NCBI GenBank assembly: GCA_041690595.1
Contig: JAWLHB010000059.1
Location: 1 to 41,053 of the forward strand
Source of the DNA: Lentisphaeria bacterium
Lineage (GTDB): Bacteria > Verrucomicrobiota > Lentisphaeria > JABSQK01 > JAWLHB01
Reading direction: 5' to 3'
DNA length: 41,053 nt
Notes under the pieces: model-generated
Databases searched by the model: none
The model's input: the letters and a program-made list of their open reading frames with translations, nothing else
Told to the model about the DNA's origin: nothing
Shown: piece by piece, positions 9,172 to 20,007 of the stretch
Numbering within the stretch: position 1 is the first letter of the stretch
Layout of the letters: each line of letters begins with the position of its first letter
Program-made: the position numbers and the translations under genes

Positions 9172-10445
9172 AGTTTATCTACGCAGATAGCCTTGATTAC
9201 GTCGACCCACGCTTCGACTTCCTGCGCGATGAGTTTGCGCCGCGGCGACGTCCCTACTGGGACGATGTGTTTGCCCACGAACTCTTTCCCGCTCCACCCT
9301 ATGACGGACTGCTAGTCACTCGGGCCCTCATGGGAGGCGCCAGCGCCTCCGGAAAATACACCGAAAGCCAGACCATGCGATTTATGCGAGACGGCGCTAG
9401 GGAGTTTCTGCGACTCTCTGATGCACGCTTCGATGATTTCCTCCTCTTTGGCGACTGTGGTGCGTTCACCTACCACCAGTTGGACAGTCCGCCATATTCG
9501 CCAAGCGAAATGGTGGAGTTTTACCAGTACTCGGGTTTCACGCACGGGTGTTCGATTGACCACATTGTCTTCGAGTACGGTGATGATTCAGCAGGCTCTG
9601 AGGAAGCCAAGCGTCGTTATGAGATCACGCTCGACCTCGCGGACGCGTTTATCGCTGAGCATCGTCGACAGAGCGCCTCGTTTACACCCATCGGAGTCGT
9701 ACAAGGGTGGTCAGCTGAAAGTATGGCATCAGCTGCGCGCTCGCTATTGAAGATGGGCTTTCGCTACCTTGCAATTGGGGGATTAGTGCCGCTCAAGATG
9801 CCTGCGATTCGGGAAGCGGTTGCCGCGGTCCACGGAGCCATTGCTATCGAGCGGGACGCACGTATCCATTTGCTCGGATTTGCCAAGGCTGAGCACATCG
9901 GTGAACTGAAGCAGTATCGGGTAGCAAGCTTCGATTCCACCTCACCTCTGCTACGGGCGTTCAAGGACAACACTCGAAACTATTGGACCACGGGAGAGGG
10001 TTTCGGGCTTAGCCACTACACGGCGATCCGGGTACCCCAGGCGCACGAGAACGTGACACTACAGAACCGCGTCAAGCGTGGCGAAGTATCCCATGAAGCG
10101 CTCATCGCAGCGGAAGCGGACGCGCTGTCTTCGTTGCGCGCGTATGACGTTGGACAGGCCGGACTCGAAGAAACTCTGGATCACGTGATGGCCTACTCTC
10201 GCTACCTGCTCGAATCAAGGATCCTTACCGGTTCGCGCCTCGAACAAAAACTCGAAAAGCTGCGCGCCGTCTATAAGGTGACACTAAGTGAAAAGCCTTG
10301 GCAGCGCTGCACGTGTGTCGTGTGTAGCCAATGCGCTATTGAGGTGATGATCTTCCGCGGCAGCAACCGAAACAAGCGGCGCGGCATGCATAACATGGGC
10401 GTGTTCCACAACTACGTGCAGAGCCTGTCAGGAGCGAGCCGATGA
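9168..10445 (+). CDS. dpdA: DNA 7-deazaguanine transglycosylase DpdA (TGT paralogue)
   Basis: TGT-like motifs GDCGAF, IDHI, GVVQGWS, AIGGLVP, HLLG and SFDSTSP, plus a C-terminal Zn site CxCxxC...H. Lies in an operon with queCDE and DGQHR genes. Confidence 0.9.
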   Translation: MKFIYADSLDYVDPRFDFLRDEFAPRRRPYWDDVFAHELFPAPPYDGLLVTRALMGGASASGKYTESQTMRFMRDGAREFLRLSDARFDDFLLFGDCGAFTYHQLDSPPYSPSEMVEFYQYSGFTHGCSIDHIVFEYGDDSAGSEEAKRRYEITLDLADAFIAEHRRQSASFTPIGVVQGWSAESMASAARSLLKMGFRYLAIGGLVPLKMPAIREAVAAVHGAIAIERDARIHLLGFAKAEHIGELKQYRVASFDSTSPLLRAFKDNTRNYWTTGEGFGLSHYTAIRVPQAHENVTLQNRVKRGEVSHEALIAAEADALSSLRAYDVGQAGLEETLDHVMAYSRYLLESRILTGSRLEQKLEKLRAVYKVTLSEKPWQRCTCVVCSQCAIEVMIFRGSNRNKRRGMHNMGVFHNYVQSLSGASR

Positions 10446-11539
10446 ATACATTCACGTTTCCCGCGCTATTCGCAGAGCAAGGCAAAGATAAGCGTGTGTT
10501 CGTGTTCTGCGCGCCTGCGAAGGACGTGTTGAGCTTTGCGGCGATTGATCGTATCGGGAGAGGTGCGCACGGCGAACTCAAAGGGTTCCAGCGACCACAG
10601 GTTGCGAACCATATCAAGGAGATTCGTGAATACCTCCAACGCGATGATGCTGTACTCCCAAACTCAGTGGTAGTGGCTTTCCTCCAAGGAGTCGATCTGG
10701 TAGCGAAAGCGGGGCAAGCAGGGACCATCAGCATTAGTGCGGACCCCGCAGATCCCCCGGGGTTAGTCGTGGACGGACAGCAGCGGTTATCAGCGTTGGC
10801 GCAGATCCCCCAGTCGGATTTTCAAGTTTTCGTTACGGGCATGCTGGTTGAGGATCCTGATGAACTGCGCAAGCAGTTCATTCTCATAAACAACACCAAG
10901 CCGCTACCGAAAGCACTGATCTACGAATTGTTGCCGACCGTGGATGGTCTACCGCACCGGTTGTCGTCTCGATCCAGGGCAGCTTCTCTCATTGAACGTC
11001 TCAACTACGACGAGGAGTCGTCACTCAAGGGTCAGATCAAGCAGCACACCAATCCCACGGGCGCTATCCAAGACACGGTGATGCAAAAACTCATAATGAG
11101 TTCCTTAGCGGATGGTGTATTACGACGATGTTTCGAGCGAGAGGATGGCGAGACTGAGGCGTTTCGCCTGCTAAGTGAGTTCTTCTCCGCCGTCCAACAG
11201 GTGTTTGCCGATGCGTGGATCGGCCGTATACCTAGAACGTCACGTCTTGTGCATGGGACCGGCATTGTCGCTATGGGCTATGTCATGGAACATCTGTGCG
11301 CCACCGAAGGTGCAATGAAGCAAGCTCAGTTCGCTAAAGGGATGCAGCCGCTCACAGAGAAGGTGCGGTGGACCGCTGGGACCTGGGTGTTTGGGCAGGA
11401 CAATGTCCGCCCCTGGAACTCGCTTCAATTTGTGCCCCGCGACTACATGGAACTCAGCCAATACTTGGTACGGGCGTTGAGACAGGCACAACGTCAAAAA
11501 ACGGCGCCGTTGTCATTAGTAACGGGAGGAGAAACGTGA
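10442..11539 (+). CDS. dpdB: DGQHR-domain (DndB/DpdB-like) protein, copy 2
   Basis: [38 protein letters not shown] and [11 protein letters not shown] motifs. A clear paralogue of 8047..9171. Confidence 0.82.
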   Translation: MNTFTFPALFAEQGKDKRVFVFCAPAKDVLSFAAIDRIGRGAHGELKGFQRPQVANHIKEIREYLQRDDAVLPNSVVVAFLQGVDLVAKAGQAGTISISADPADPPGLVVDGQQRLSALAQIPQSDFQVFVTGMLVEDPDELRKQFILINNTKPLPKALIYELLPTVDGLPHRLSSRSRAASLIERLNYDEESSLKGQIKQHTNPTGAIQDTVMQKLIMSSLADGVLRRCFEREDGETEAFRLLSEFFSAVQQVFADAWIGRIPRTSRLVHGTGIVAMGYVMEHLCATEGAMKQAQFAKGMQPLTEKVRWTAGTWVFGQDNVRPWNSLQFVPRDYMELSQYLVRALRQAQRQKTAPLSLVTGGET

Positions 11540-12237
11540 AAAGGGCGGTAGTTTTGCTGAGTGGCGGATTGGATTCGTCTACTGCATTGGCCATCGCGAG
11601 AGTCGAAGGGTATGAAATTCATGCATTGTCCTTTGACTACGGACAGCGGCATCGAGTTGAACTGAGGGCGGCCCACGATGTGGCTTCCGGTTTGGGCGCT
11701 GTACATCATAAGGTGATTCAGTTGGACCTCCGTGCGATCGGACGATCGGCTTTAACCGATGAGATTGAAGTCCCCAAGAAGCGCTCTGACGCGGAGATCG
11801 CGCACGGCATCCCCGTCACTTACGTGCCGGCGCGAAACACAGTCTTTCTTTCGTATGCCTTGGCATGGGCTGAGGTCCTGGAAACCGGACACATCTTTAT
11901 TGGTGTGAATGCGCTCGATTACAGCGGCTATCCCGATTGCCGCTCGGAGTACATCGATGCCTACCAGGCCATGGCGAATTTAGCTATCAAAAGTGCTGTC
12001 GAGGGCGCTACGCGTATCGAGATTCACACGCCGCTGATCCATCTATCGAAGGCAGCAATCATTCATCGAGGCACAGAACTAGGCGTCGACTATGCACTTA
12101 CCAGCAGCTGCTACGATCCTAGCGAAGCAGGGGAGCCTTGCTCCCAGTGCGACTCCTGCCTCCTTAGAGCGAAGGGTTTTGCTGAAGCGGGTCTTCAAGA
12201 TCCTCTTTTGGCACGGTTCCAAGGAGGGAGTCGATGA
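11536..12237 (+). CDS. queC: 7-cyano-7-deazaguanine (preQ0) synthase QueC
   Basis: GTG start after GGAGGAG. Motifs [32 protein letters not shown] and CY..CSQCDSC. Confidence 0.96.
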   Translation: MKRAVVLLSGGLDSSTALAIARVEGYEIHALSFDYGQRHRVELRAAHDVASGLGAVHHKVIQLDLRAIGRSALTDEIEVPKKRSDAEIAHGIPVTYVPARNTVFLSYALAWAEVLETGHIFIGVNALDYSGYPDCRSEYIDAYQAMANLAIKSAVEGATRIEIHTPLIHLSKAAIIHRGTELGVDYALTSSCYDPSEAGEPCSQCDSCLLRAKGFAEAGLQDPLLARFQGGSR

Positions 12238-13325
12238 TGACAGAACGACTCTTCTATATCGCCTTTGCACCCTTTGAGGCTGCGAGGCAGGTTTCGATAT
12301 TGCCGGAAGGACATCCCTCGGCACGGCTCCACGGACACAGTTTCTTGGCAAAGGTACGGGCACGAAACGCCGACAGCTTAGTCGGGGAAGGTGACCGTCT
12401 CGATCAGTTGGGCGAAATGGTCCATAAGGTGGTGGAGCCACTGAACTATCGCCTCCTCAATGAGGTCGTTGATGTGCCCACGGACGAGAATCTGGCGAGG
12501 TATGTTCGTCGCGGGCTGTCACTAACTGAACTCGACCTTGTCGGAATACAGAGCACTCGGGGCCAAGGCGTCGACCTAGACGTGGAAGATACGGCGCACA
12601 TCTGGAAAAGGTTCAGGTTTGAGGCTGCACACCGACTTCCGAATGTGCACGAGGGGCACCCGTGCGGACGAATGCATGGGCACGGCTTCGAGGTGGTGCT
12701 CCATGTGCGTCAAAACGTGAGTTCCATGGATATGGGCGTTCAGTTCGAAACCCTAGAAGCCGCGTGGCATCCGCTGCACCAGCGTCTCAACCGTGCCTGT
12801 CTCAATGAAGTCGCGGGACTAGAGAATCCGACCAGTGAAATGATTGCCAGATGGATCTGGCGAGTGTTGATCGCAGATGTGCCTTCACTGTCCTGGGTAA
12901 GTGTGTTTGAGACGCGCACAGCCGGTTGTCACTTTGACGGTACGAAGTATCGAATCTGGAAAGAACAAACCTTCGAAAGTGCGGTAGCACGCATTCGTAA
13001 CGCCTCCTACGACTACAACTCCTTGCATGGCCACAGCTATCTCATCCGGCTTCATCTCTCGTCGGAACTGGACGAGGTGATGGGGTGGACGGTCGATTAC
13101 GGGGACGTGAAGACCGCGTTCAGGCCGGTGTTCGAACGGCTGGATCATCACGCGCTGCACGAAATTTCTTCGCTAAAGGACACTGATCCTGCGTCGATAC
13201 TGGAATGGGCTCGCCAACAAGCGAGCAATAGCATTCCACAGCTCGATCGAATCGATCTGTTCGAATCACCTTATCGTGGAGCATCGATCAGCTGGGGTGT
13301 CGATCGTCTCGCGTTGCCTGCGTAG
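12234..13325 (+). CDS. queD: 6-carboxytetrahydropterin synthase QueD, three tandem PTPS domains
   Basis: Three T-fold repeats: [65 protein letters not shown]. Confidence 0.88.
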   Translation: MMTERLFYIAFAPFEAARQVSILPEGHPSARLHGHSFLAKVRARNADSLVGEGDRLDQLGEMVHKVVEPLNYRLLNEVVDVPTDENLARYVRRGLSLTELDLVGIQSTRGQGVDLDVEDTAHIWKRFRFEAAHRLPNVHEGHPCGRMHGHGFEVVLHVRQNVSSMDMGVQFETLEAAWHPLHQRLNRACLNEVAGLENPTSEMIARWIWRVLIADVPSLSWVSVFETRTAGCHFDGTKYRIWKEQTFESAVARIRNASYDYNSLHGHSYLIRLHLSSELDEVMGWTVDYGDVKTAFRPVFERLDHHALHEISSLKDTDPASILEWARQQASNSIPQLDRIDLFESPYRGASISWGVDRLALPA

Positions 13326-13333
13326 CGCGAACC

Positions 13334-13966
13334 ATGTACTCAGTCAAAGAGATCTTTTATACGCTCCAAGGGGAAGGGGCGAACGCTGGTCGAGCTGCGG
13401 TGTTTTGCCGTTTCACCGGGTGCAATCTCTGGAGCGGCCGAGAAATCCACCGCCAGCGCGCGGTTTGTCAGTTCTGTGATACCGACTTTATCGGGACGGA
13501 CGGAATCAACGGTGGAAGATTTGATGGCCCTGTCCCCCTTGCGGACGCGATAGAAAGGCAGTGGCCCAACTCCACTAGAAACAATCGGTTCGTCGTGTTC
13601 ACCGGCGGGGAACCACTGCTTCAATTAGACGGGAGTCTAGTCGCCGAAGTGCGGCAGAGAGGGTTTACGGTTGCGATCGAAACCAATGGAACCAAACCTA
13701 TACCGGAGTTCGTTGATTGGGTCTGCGTAAGTCCAAAGGCTGGAGCACCACTAGTCGTCCATCGAGGCGATGAGATTAAGTTCGTGTATCCCCAACGAGG
13801 CTTCGACCCGGCAGAGGTGTGCGACCTGGCGTTCGACAATTTCTATATCCAGCCGATGGATGGTCCAAATTGTTCCGAGAACTGCAAGTTGTCTATAGAG
13901 TATTGTTTAGCTCATCCAAAATGGCGCCTCAGCCTACAGATGCATAAGGTGTTGGGGATCGGCTAG
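13334..13966 (+). CDS. queE: 7-carboxy-7-deazaguanine synthase QueE (radical SAM, Cx14CxxC type)
   Basis: YSVKEIFYTLQGEG, C-NLWSGREIHRQRAV-CQFCDT, TGGEPLLQ, IETNG, SPK and WRLSLQMHK motifs. Confidence 0.96.
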   Translation: MYSVKEIFYTLQGEGANAGRAAVFCRFTGCNLWSGREIHRQRAVCQFCDTDFIGTDGINGGRFDGPVPLADAIERQWPNSTRNNRFVVFTGGEPLLQLDGSLVAEVRQRGFTVAIETNGTKPIPEFVDWVCVSPKAGAPLVVHRGDEIKFVYPQRGFDPAEVCDLAFDNFYIQPMDGPNCSENCKLSIEYCLAHPKWRLSLQMHKVLGIG

Positions 13967-14158
13967 GCGACCGCGATCGACAGAACTTTTGTCCCATCCG
14001 CATGCAGTCGGTCTGCGTCGGGTTAGGAGAAATTTGATGTTTGGCCAGAGCTTTGGGATCCCCTGGGGGGCGCTCGGCTTGCTCAATCGAGCAGTTGTGC
14101 TCGAAAAACCTAACGTTGGGGACGCGACAACGTTGAACCCATCCAGGCGTCAATTGAG

Positions 14159-17100
14159 GTGACTCTGCGACCGCATATTGGCTCACTAATTCGGACCAGA
14201 GATAACCCCGAACTCGGTCCCGGTAGGGTTGTTGCGTACTCCGCAGGCAATATCGAGGTCAGCCTTCTGTGGGAAGGGACCCGGCGTATCTTCAATACGC
14301 GGAATCTGACGATTGAACGCTACATGCTTTTCGGCAATGTACCAGTCGCGATCCACATCAATGGTAGCTCGGAGTCCTTTCACGGTGTGATTATCGGGAC
14401 CGAGGAGGCGCCCGAAGAGGGACTGTGGGTATATCGAGTTGCCACCGTAGTGGACGACAACTGGGAGGCGGTCACCGCCTCCGAAGCTGACCTACACCCG
14501 TTGCCGCCGAGTTCGCTCGATCCGCTCGACCAGTTCAAGACCCTAAGCTGGCGTGGTCCAGCGCGATTTGTGCGCCGCTGGACTCTGCGTTCGTGCCAGT
14601 CGCGTTGGTTACAGGACTCGGGTGGCATACCTGCTTTCCTAGGTGCGCGCATCCGCCCGATGGGACACCAACTCTACGCGGCGCGACGCGTTCTCTGGGA
14701 CCGCACCCCACGCTTCGTGCTCGCTGATGAGGTTGGCCTCGGTAAAACTATCGAGGCGGGGCTTGTTATCCAGAGCCTGATGGCAGAAAAGCCGGACCTG
14801 CGGGTCCTCGTCATAACACCTGGCTCGATGGCCCGTCAGTGGCAGACGGAACTCTACTTACGATTTGGTGCCCTTGCCTACCGCTACGTCGATAGCGCGA
14901 CACTCACCGGCTTGACGCCGAAGGCCGCACGCTCGGCGCTGCGCGGACCGCGCCTTGTGACGACTACCACTGCCCTCCAGACCGCCCCTCAGGCTACCGA
15001 GGCGCTCATCACCTCCGACTGGGACCTACTAGTCGTGGACGAGGCGCACCAGTTCCCGCCGGGGAGCATTCTCTTCGATGTGCTTTTCCAGCTAGCCAAA
15101 CGTACTCATGCGGTGTTAGCGCTCTCTGCAACCCCATCGAAGCGGGAGCTCACAAGTCTTGCAGGACTGCTGGCGCTTGTTGCACCGGACGTCTATGCGC
15201 CGACTGATCTCGAGGCGCTCACGCGCAGACTCGACGCACAGCGAGATGTCTGGGACCGACTAAGCTTTACCCGCAAGGCGCTCGAGGCGGCGGAGCGTTC
15301 TGGTGAAGAACTCGACGCAGAGGATCTTGCCTATCTCGCGGAGCAGTGGCAAGACCTAGTCCCGGGTGACCCAAGTGTTCATCGGTTCGTTGGCGAACTC
15401 GCAAGTGGTGACGTCGGGGCGGCGGATCGTCTCATCGCCTACGTCCAGGAGTTCCATCGTCTCGACCACCGTATCATCCGAACTCGGCGCAGCACCATCG
15501 CTAGCTCCCACCAGCACTGGTCAGACCGACAGGTGGAGGTCCTCGAATTTGAGGGAACCACAGCCGAGGCGGTGCTTGCCAATCACCTCGACGAACTCGC
15601 GACAGCTGATTCCCTCGCCGAGCAGCAATGGCTGCTGCGAGGGCTATACTTGCGAATGTCCCTGACGACGCCGTCAGTCTTCGGGAGGTTCCTCGAGAGT
15701 CGGCGGGGGGTGATCGACCGCGGCGTTGCCTCCGCTACTAGTTCGACTTGGCTCGATCTGATGTCCACGGACCCGGGCCCGGTGGAAGAGGCGTTGTTGA
15801 TCGACCGTGTTGTCGCGACAACGCCAATGTTGCCAGACGAGTCGGCGTGGCTCGACGTCGCCATTGGATTGGTGCATGAGTGGGCTCAGGAGGGCCAGGT
15901 CACTGAGCGCACTCGCCATGCGCTCCTTTGGATTGAGCGACATCTACTGGACTCTTCGGAAAACCAGGTGCTGGTCTTCGCCCAGGACCGCGAAGTAGTA
16001 GTTGAGCTTGCCGTTGCGCTCCACCGGTTGCTTCCAGACTTTCCGGTGCTTAAGTTCGAACACGGTATGGAGGACGAGGAGCTCTCGAGGGTATCCCTAA
16101 AGTTTCAGCGGAACGATGGTTGTCGAGTGCTCGTATCCGACGAGCTTGGAGGCGAGGGGCGCAACTTCCAGAATGCGACCGCCGTGCTCCACTTCGATGT
16201 GCCTTGGTCAGTCGCACGGCTCGAGCAGAGAGTCGGTCGCCTAGATCGCGTTGGCCGCGGAAAACACCGGCCGGTTCTCTCGATTGTCATGCAGGGACCG
16301 TTCCCGATCGAGGGGTCGCTGGTCGCTGTCCACCGGGAAGTGTTTAAGGTGTTCACGCGCTCGGTCGGCGGGCTAGAATATGCGCTTCCGCGTCTGCAGC
16401 GGGAACTTAGCAACGCGATCTGCGCTGGTGCGGATCGCGTAGACGCTGTCGCGGCACGTCTTGCGGAGGAGGTCAATGCAGAGTTGCGCGACGTCGATGA
16501 GGCCTTTGAACTCGCCCTCGACGCATCGCGCTACCAGCTTGCTGACGCGCAGGAGGTCGCGGACATCGTCGCGGAGTCGGATGAGTCGCGCTTTGAGGTC
16601 GCGAAGTTCGCACAGTGGGCTCGCGAGATTGGCATTAGGACGACCCATCGCCCGGATGGCTCATGGGAGTTCAGCTGGCAAGAAGATGCTCTCGCGCGGC
16701 CAGTTCACGGGCTGCGATCGAACGGCTTCCTGACGGGCACGTTTGGTCGTGAGGCGGCGCTCGCCGACGATTCTCTGCAGTTCCTCGCGCCAGGCCACTC
16801 CTTGATCAACGCCCTCATGGGCGACATTGAAGCATCCGGAGAAGGGCGAGCGACCGTCCTGACTGCGGAACTAGGTCCCCGAGCAAGGGGCCGAAAATTC
16901 ATGCTGTTCGTTGGCCACTGCCATTTAGACTCGGCGCTGCTGCGCGGGGTTGACGCCTCACCCGGACTACGGTTAAGAGCTCACCGGTATCTGGCACCAG
17001 AGGTCTGGACGACAATGGTCGAGCTGTTTCCAGGCGAGGAGCCGGCGGCGCGGCCTCTGCAGAGCGCTGAAGTTCTCGCCCAGTTCCGAAGTCCCGAGAA

Positions 17101-17431
17101 CATCAAGGTGAAGATGCAGAAGGTGCCGCCCAACACGCTTGGTAAGGCGATTGATCTCACCGAACTATGGGCGTCGGTTGAGGAAGGCATCCCGATTGGC
17201 ATTGACCTGATCCGGACTCAACGCGAAGGCATTCCCGAGGAGGCAGCGCGGCAGTTTGCGAGCGAGTTGGCACCTGAGCTCGGCTATCTCGCCTGGCAAT
17301 GCGAGCAGGCCGGTGCACCTGAGCGTAGAGCCTTGGAGGCAGAGATCCACGCGCGCCGCAAGTACGTCGAGGCGATCCGCAACGAGCGGATCGATGTCGA
17401 GGCTATAGCGGTGATGGTGGCAGTTGGATGA
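14159..17431 (+). CDS. dpdE: SNF2/RapA-like helicase DpdE
   Basis: LADEVGLGKTIEAG, VVDEAH, LSATP, GGEGRNFQ and LEQRVGRLDR motifs. First gene of the E-F-G-H-I block. Confidence 0.82.
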   Translation: MTLRPHIGSLIRTRDNPELGPGRVVAYSAGNIEVSLLWEGTRRIFNTRNLTIERYMLFGNVPVAIHINGSSESFHGVIIGTEEAPEEGLWVYRVATVVDDNWEAVTASEADLHPLPPSSLDPLDQFKTLSWRGPARFVRRWTLRSCQSRWLQDSGGIPAFLGARIRPMGHQLYAARRVLWDRTPRFVLADEVGLGKTIEAGLVIQSLMAEKPDLRVLVITPGSMARQWQTELYLRFGALAYRYVDSATLTGLTPKAARSALRGPRLVTTTTALQTAPQATEALITSDWDLLVVDEAHQFPPGSILFDVLFQLAKRTHAVLALSATPSKRELTSLAGLLALVAPDVYAPTDLEALTRRLDAQRDVWDRLSFTRKALEAAERSGEELDAEDLAYLAEQWQDLVPGDPSVHRFVGELASGDVGAADRLIAYVQEFHRLDHRIIRTRRSTIASSHQHWSDRQVEVLEFEGTTAEAVLANHLDELATADSLAEQQWLLRGLYLRMSLTTPSVFGRFLESRRGVIDRGVASATSSTWLDLMSTDPGPVEEALLIDRVVATTPMLPDESAWLDVAIGLVHEWAQEGQVTERTRHALLWIERHLLDSSENQVLVFAQDREVVVELAVALHRLLPDFPVLKFEHGMEDEELSRVSLKFQRNDGCRVLVSDELGGEGRNFQNATAVLHFDVPWSVARLEQRVGRLDRVGRGKHRPVLSIVMQGPFPIEGSLVAVHREVFKVFTRSVGGLEYALPRLQRELSNAICAGADRVDAVAARLAEEVNAELRDVDEAFELALDASRYQLADAQEVADIVAESDESRFEVAKFAQWAREIGIRTTHRPDGSWEFSWQEDALARPVHGLRSNGFLTGTFGREAALADDSLQFLAPGHSLINALMGDIEASGEGRATVLTAELGPRARGRKFMLFVGHCHLDSALLRGVDASPGLRLRAHRYLAPEVWTTMVELFPGEEPAARPLQSAEVLAQFRSPENIKVKMQKVPPNTLGKAIDLTELWASVEEGIPIGIDLIRTQREGIPEEAARQFASELAPELGYLAWQCEQAGAPERRALEAEIHARRKYVEAIRNERIDVEAIAVMVAVG

Positions 17432-20007
17432 AGGCAGCGCTTACCCGTGCAACTGATTTGATGGAAGTGCTAAACCTGGTGGCGACTGCCAGTGACTCCT
17501 CCACAACGGAGGCAGAGCGCTGGCGCCTCGGCGCACTCCACCGCGCGCTCCGCGCGATGTCGCACTCGCGGTCGTTCGCGGACAAGGGCGCTCTGCTGCG
17601 CGAGGCGACTCGTCTTGCTGATGGCTCGCTCACGTTGCCGTTCGACGGTTCGGTCCTGACCGTGAACGACCTTGCATCGCTCGTCCGCTTCGGGCTTGAG
17701 GCTCATGCTCGGAATGCGCGTACCTTCGACGTGATATTGACCGACCGCGAGCCGCTACCGGAGCCCCTCGGCCGGGCTCTCCGGCTTGATCCGGTATCGC
17801 GCCGCCCTTACGAGCACGCGATCGCAGATGCCGTGCTCCATCGCGCGACGGAGTTCAACACCTACCAGACACCGACGCAGAAGGCGGCGTTGCGCGCCGT
17901 GGTCACTATGCCACCTGGAGGTACGCTTTCAGTGACAATGCCCACGGGTGCCGGCAAGAGCCTGGTCTTCCAGGCTGGCGTCGGGTGGTGGCGCCAGTTC
18001 GAGCCCGGCGCGTGTGCCGCGGTCATTGTTCCCACCATCGCACTTGCTCAGGACCACGAGCGCACTTTGCGGACGATGCCTGGACTCTCCGCGAGCCGCG
18101 CCATTACCAGCGAACTCTCGACAGAGGAGCAAGTCGCGGTGCTGCGCGATTTCAACCGCGGGGAAGTGCCAATCTTGATCCTGTCGCCGGAGCTCGCCCT
18201 GGGGCGCGCGCGCGAGTCACTGCTAACGGCGGCGAAGCCTCCCGACAAAAGGCCGCTGGCTGCAAAAGGGTCCCTCACGGCGTTCGTTATAGACGAGGCA
18301 CACATCGTGGAGAGCTGGGGACGGAGTTTCCGACCGGACTTCCAGCGGCTTCCGGGTCTGGTCCAGCAGCTTCGTTCCACGGGAGATCAGCTGCGGCTGA
18401 TATTGCTCTCGGCGACGCTCGGCGACGAGGCACGCGCCGAACTACGCCGCGGATATGGCTTCCACACCTCTTGGCTCGACATCGACGCGCGCGTGCCGCG
18501 CTACGAACTCGACATAGTCTCCCTGCCCTTCCCCAGTCCTAAGGTTCGCGACGAAGAGGTCCTGCGAGTCGTTGATAGGCTTCCGCGGCCCGCGCTCGTC
18601 TACACGACCAAGGTCGAGCATGCGAATGCGATCTACAACGCGCTGAAAAGCGAGTCTGGTTACGAGCGCATCGCGGTCTTTACGGGTGGCGTTAGCGACT
18701 CCGGCCAGCGCCGAAAAATCGTTCAAGCCTGGAGCGAAGACCGTCTCGACCTAGTGGTCGCGACGTCCGCATTCGGTCTCGGGATCGACAAGTCAAACGT
18801 GCGCGCCGTAGTGCACGCCTGCGTTCCCGAGAGTACCGCGCGTTACTACCAGGAGATTGGGCGGGCGGCGCGCGACGGTCATCAAGCCCTTGCGCTATGC
18901 CTATGGCACCGTGCGCCCGGGTCAGGGTGGAGCGAGAAAGACGATCGCTCTGTTGCCTTCGGTCTAGCGACGCGACAGTGGATGACTGTAGATCTCTCGC
19001 TGAAGCGATGGCGAGCTATCGTCCAGCGGCCTGGCGCCATCTCTTGGAGCGGCGGTCGTCGTTACATCGAAGTGAATCTGGATGCGCTCCGGGAAGGGCT
19101 GGGGAGCCGAGAAAGCTCGGACTACAATCGGCTGTGGAACATGACGCTGCTCAATCTCCTCCAGCGTGCCGGCGCGGTCGTGATCAACATCGTCGACCCG
19201 GCGGATTACGCCACTCCGGTCTGGCAGGCAGAGGTGCGCGATCCGCGAATTCTTGACGCTGGGGAAAGCGGCGCGAATTACCTTCGCGAGCTATTCTCGC
19301 TGCGGGAGGTCGAACAGGCTCGCAGCCGAGAAGACGTTCGCCAACTCATCGAGATCCTAGACGACCGCGAACCCGAGGACTGCCTGCTCGCAAGCGTCTT
19401 CCGCGCAGTCGAGGCAGGCGACCCGAGCGCTGAGCCCTGCGGTCATTGTTCCTGGTGCCGTCGAGTCGGCTGGGCGGCACCCGATCGGGTTCCGTTCAAA
19501 GGACTTGCCTCAACCTGGCCGCAGGCGCCGCAGTGGACAACCTCCCGCTTCCCATCGGTACCGGTCATCATCCACCCGGACGACCCCTCGTTCGAGCGTG
19601 GGTTCCGCCAACTGCTGATGGCGCTCGCGACCGCTGGGATTGAGCAGTTCGTCGTCCCTCGGGATCGCGCCGCTGAGTGTGGCGCAATCCTCGCCGAGTC
19701 ACCCGCGCGCGCTGGTCTCGTCCTCAAATCGGACAGTCTTGTCGACGCATCTGGATGGGGGCTAGCGAACCTGCCGACGGCCGCGCTGCTCGAGTCCGAT
19801 TTCCCTGCGCTGGACTTGCTGTACGATCGGCTGCGAAGTTGGGAGGCTGGACATCCGGAACAGAGTCTGGTGCTCGTTGCGCCGCCTGGCCTCGTGGTCA
19901 ACCGGAAGCCTCTGGAGCAGATCGCGTCGGTAATGCCCACGTACGGCGAGTCACATCTGGCCGCGCTGCACGGCACACCCCCGCAGGAGGATGGATCGAC
20001 GCGATGA
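17428..20007 (+). CDS. dpdF: RecQ-like DEAD/DEAH helicase DpdF
   Basis: MPTGAGKS, IDEAH..SWG.SFRP, LSAT, ATSAFGLGIDK, YYQEIGRAARDG and a CGHCSWC Zn motif. Confidence 0.85.
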   Translation: MKAALTRATDLMEVLNLVATASDSSTTEAERWRLGALHRALRAMSHSRSFADKGALLREATRLADGSLTLPFDGSVLTVNDLASLVRFGLEAHARNARTFDVILTDREPLPEPLGRALRLDPVSRRPYEHAIADAVLHRATEFNTYQTPTQKAALRAVVTMPPGGTLSVTMPTGAGKSLVFQAGVGWWRQFEPGACAAVIVPTIALAQDHERTLRTMPGLSASRAITSELSTEEQVAVLRDFNRGEVPILILSPELALGRARESLLTAAKPPDKRPLAAKGSLTAFVIDEAHIVESWGRSFRPDFQRLPGLVQQLRSTGDQLRLILLSATLGDEARAELRRGYGFHTSWLDIDARVPRYELDIVSLPFPSPKVRDEEVLRVVDRLPRPALVYTTKVEHANAIYNALKSESGYERIAVFTGGVSDSGQRRKIVQAWSEDRLDLVVATSAFGLGIDKSNVRAVVHACVPESTARYYQEIGRAARDGHQALALCLWHRAPGSGWSEKDDRSVAFGLATRQWMTVDLSLKRWRAIVQRPGAISWSGGRRYIEVNLDALREGLGSRESSDYNRLWNMTLLNLLQRAGAVVINIVDPADYATPVWQAEVRDPRILDAGESGANYLRELFSLREVEQARSREDVRQLIEILDDREPEDCLLASVFRAVEAGDPSAEPCGHCSWCRRVGWAAPDRVPFKGLASTWPQAPQWTTSRFPSVPVIIHPDDPSFERGFRQLLMALATAGIEQFVVPRDRAAECGAILAESPARAGLVLKSDSLVDASGWGLANLPTAALLESDFPALDLLYDRLRSWEAGHPEQSLVLVAPPGLVVNRKPLEQIASVMPTYGESHLAALHGTPPQEDGSTR

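Noticed and set aside
8047..11539. Phosphorothioate (Dnd) system suggested by the DndB-like genes
   Set aside because: No dndA/C/D/E homologues are visible in the window.
9168..13966. Reading the cluster as a housekeeping queuosine tRNA-modification operon (tgt + queCDE)
   Set aside because: The TGT-like protein has DpdA-type motifs, queA/queF/queG are absent, and the genes are embedded with DGQHR and helicase genes.
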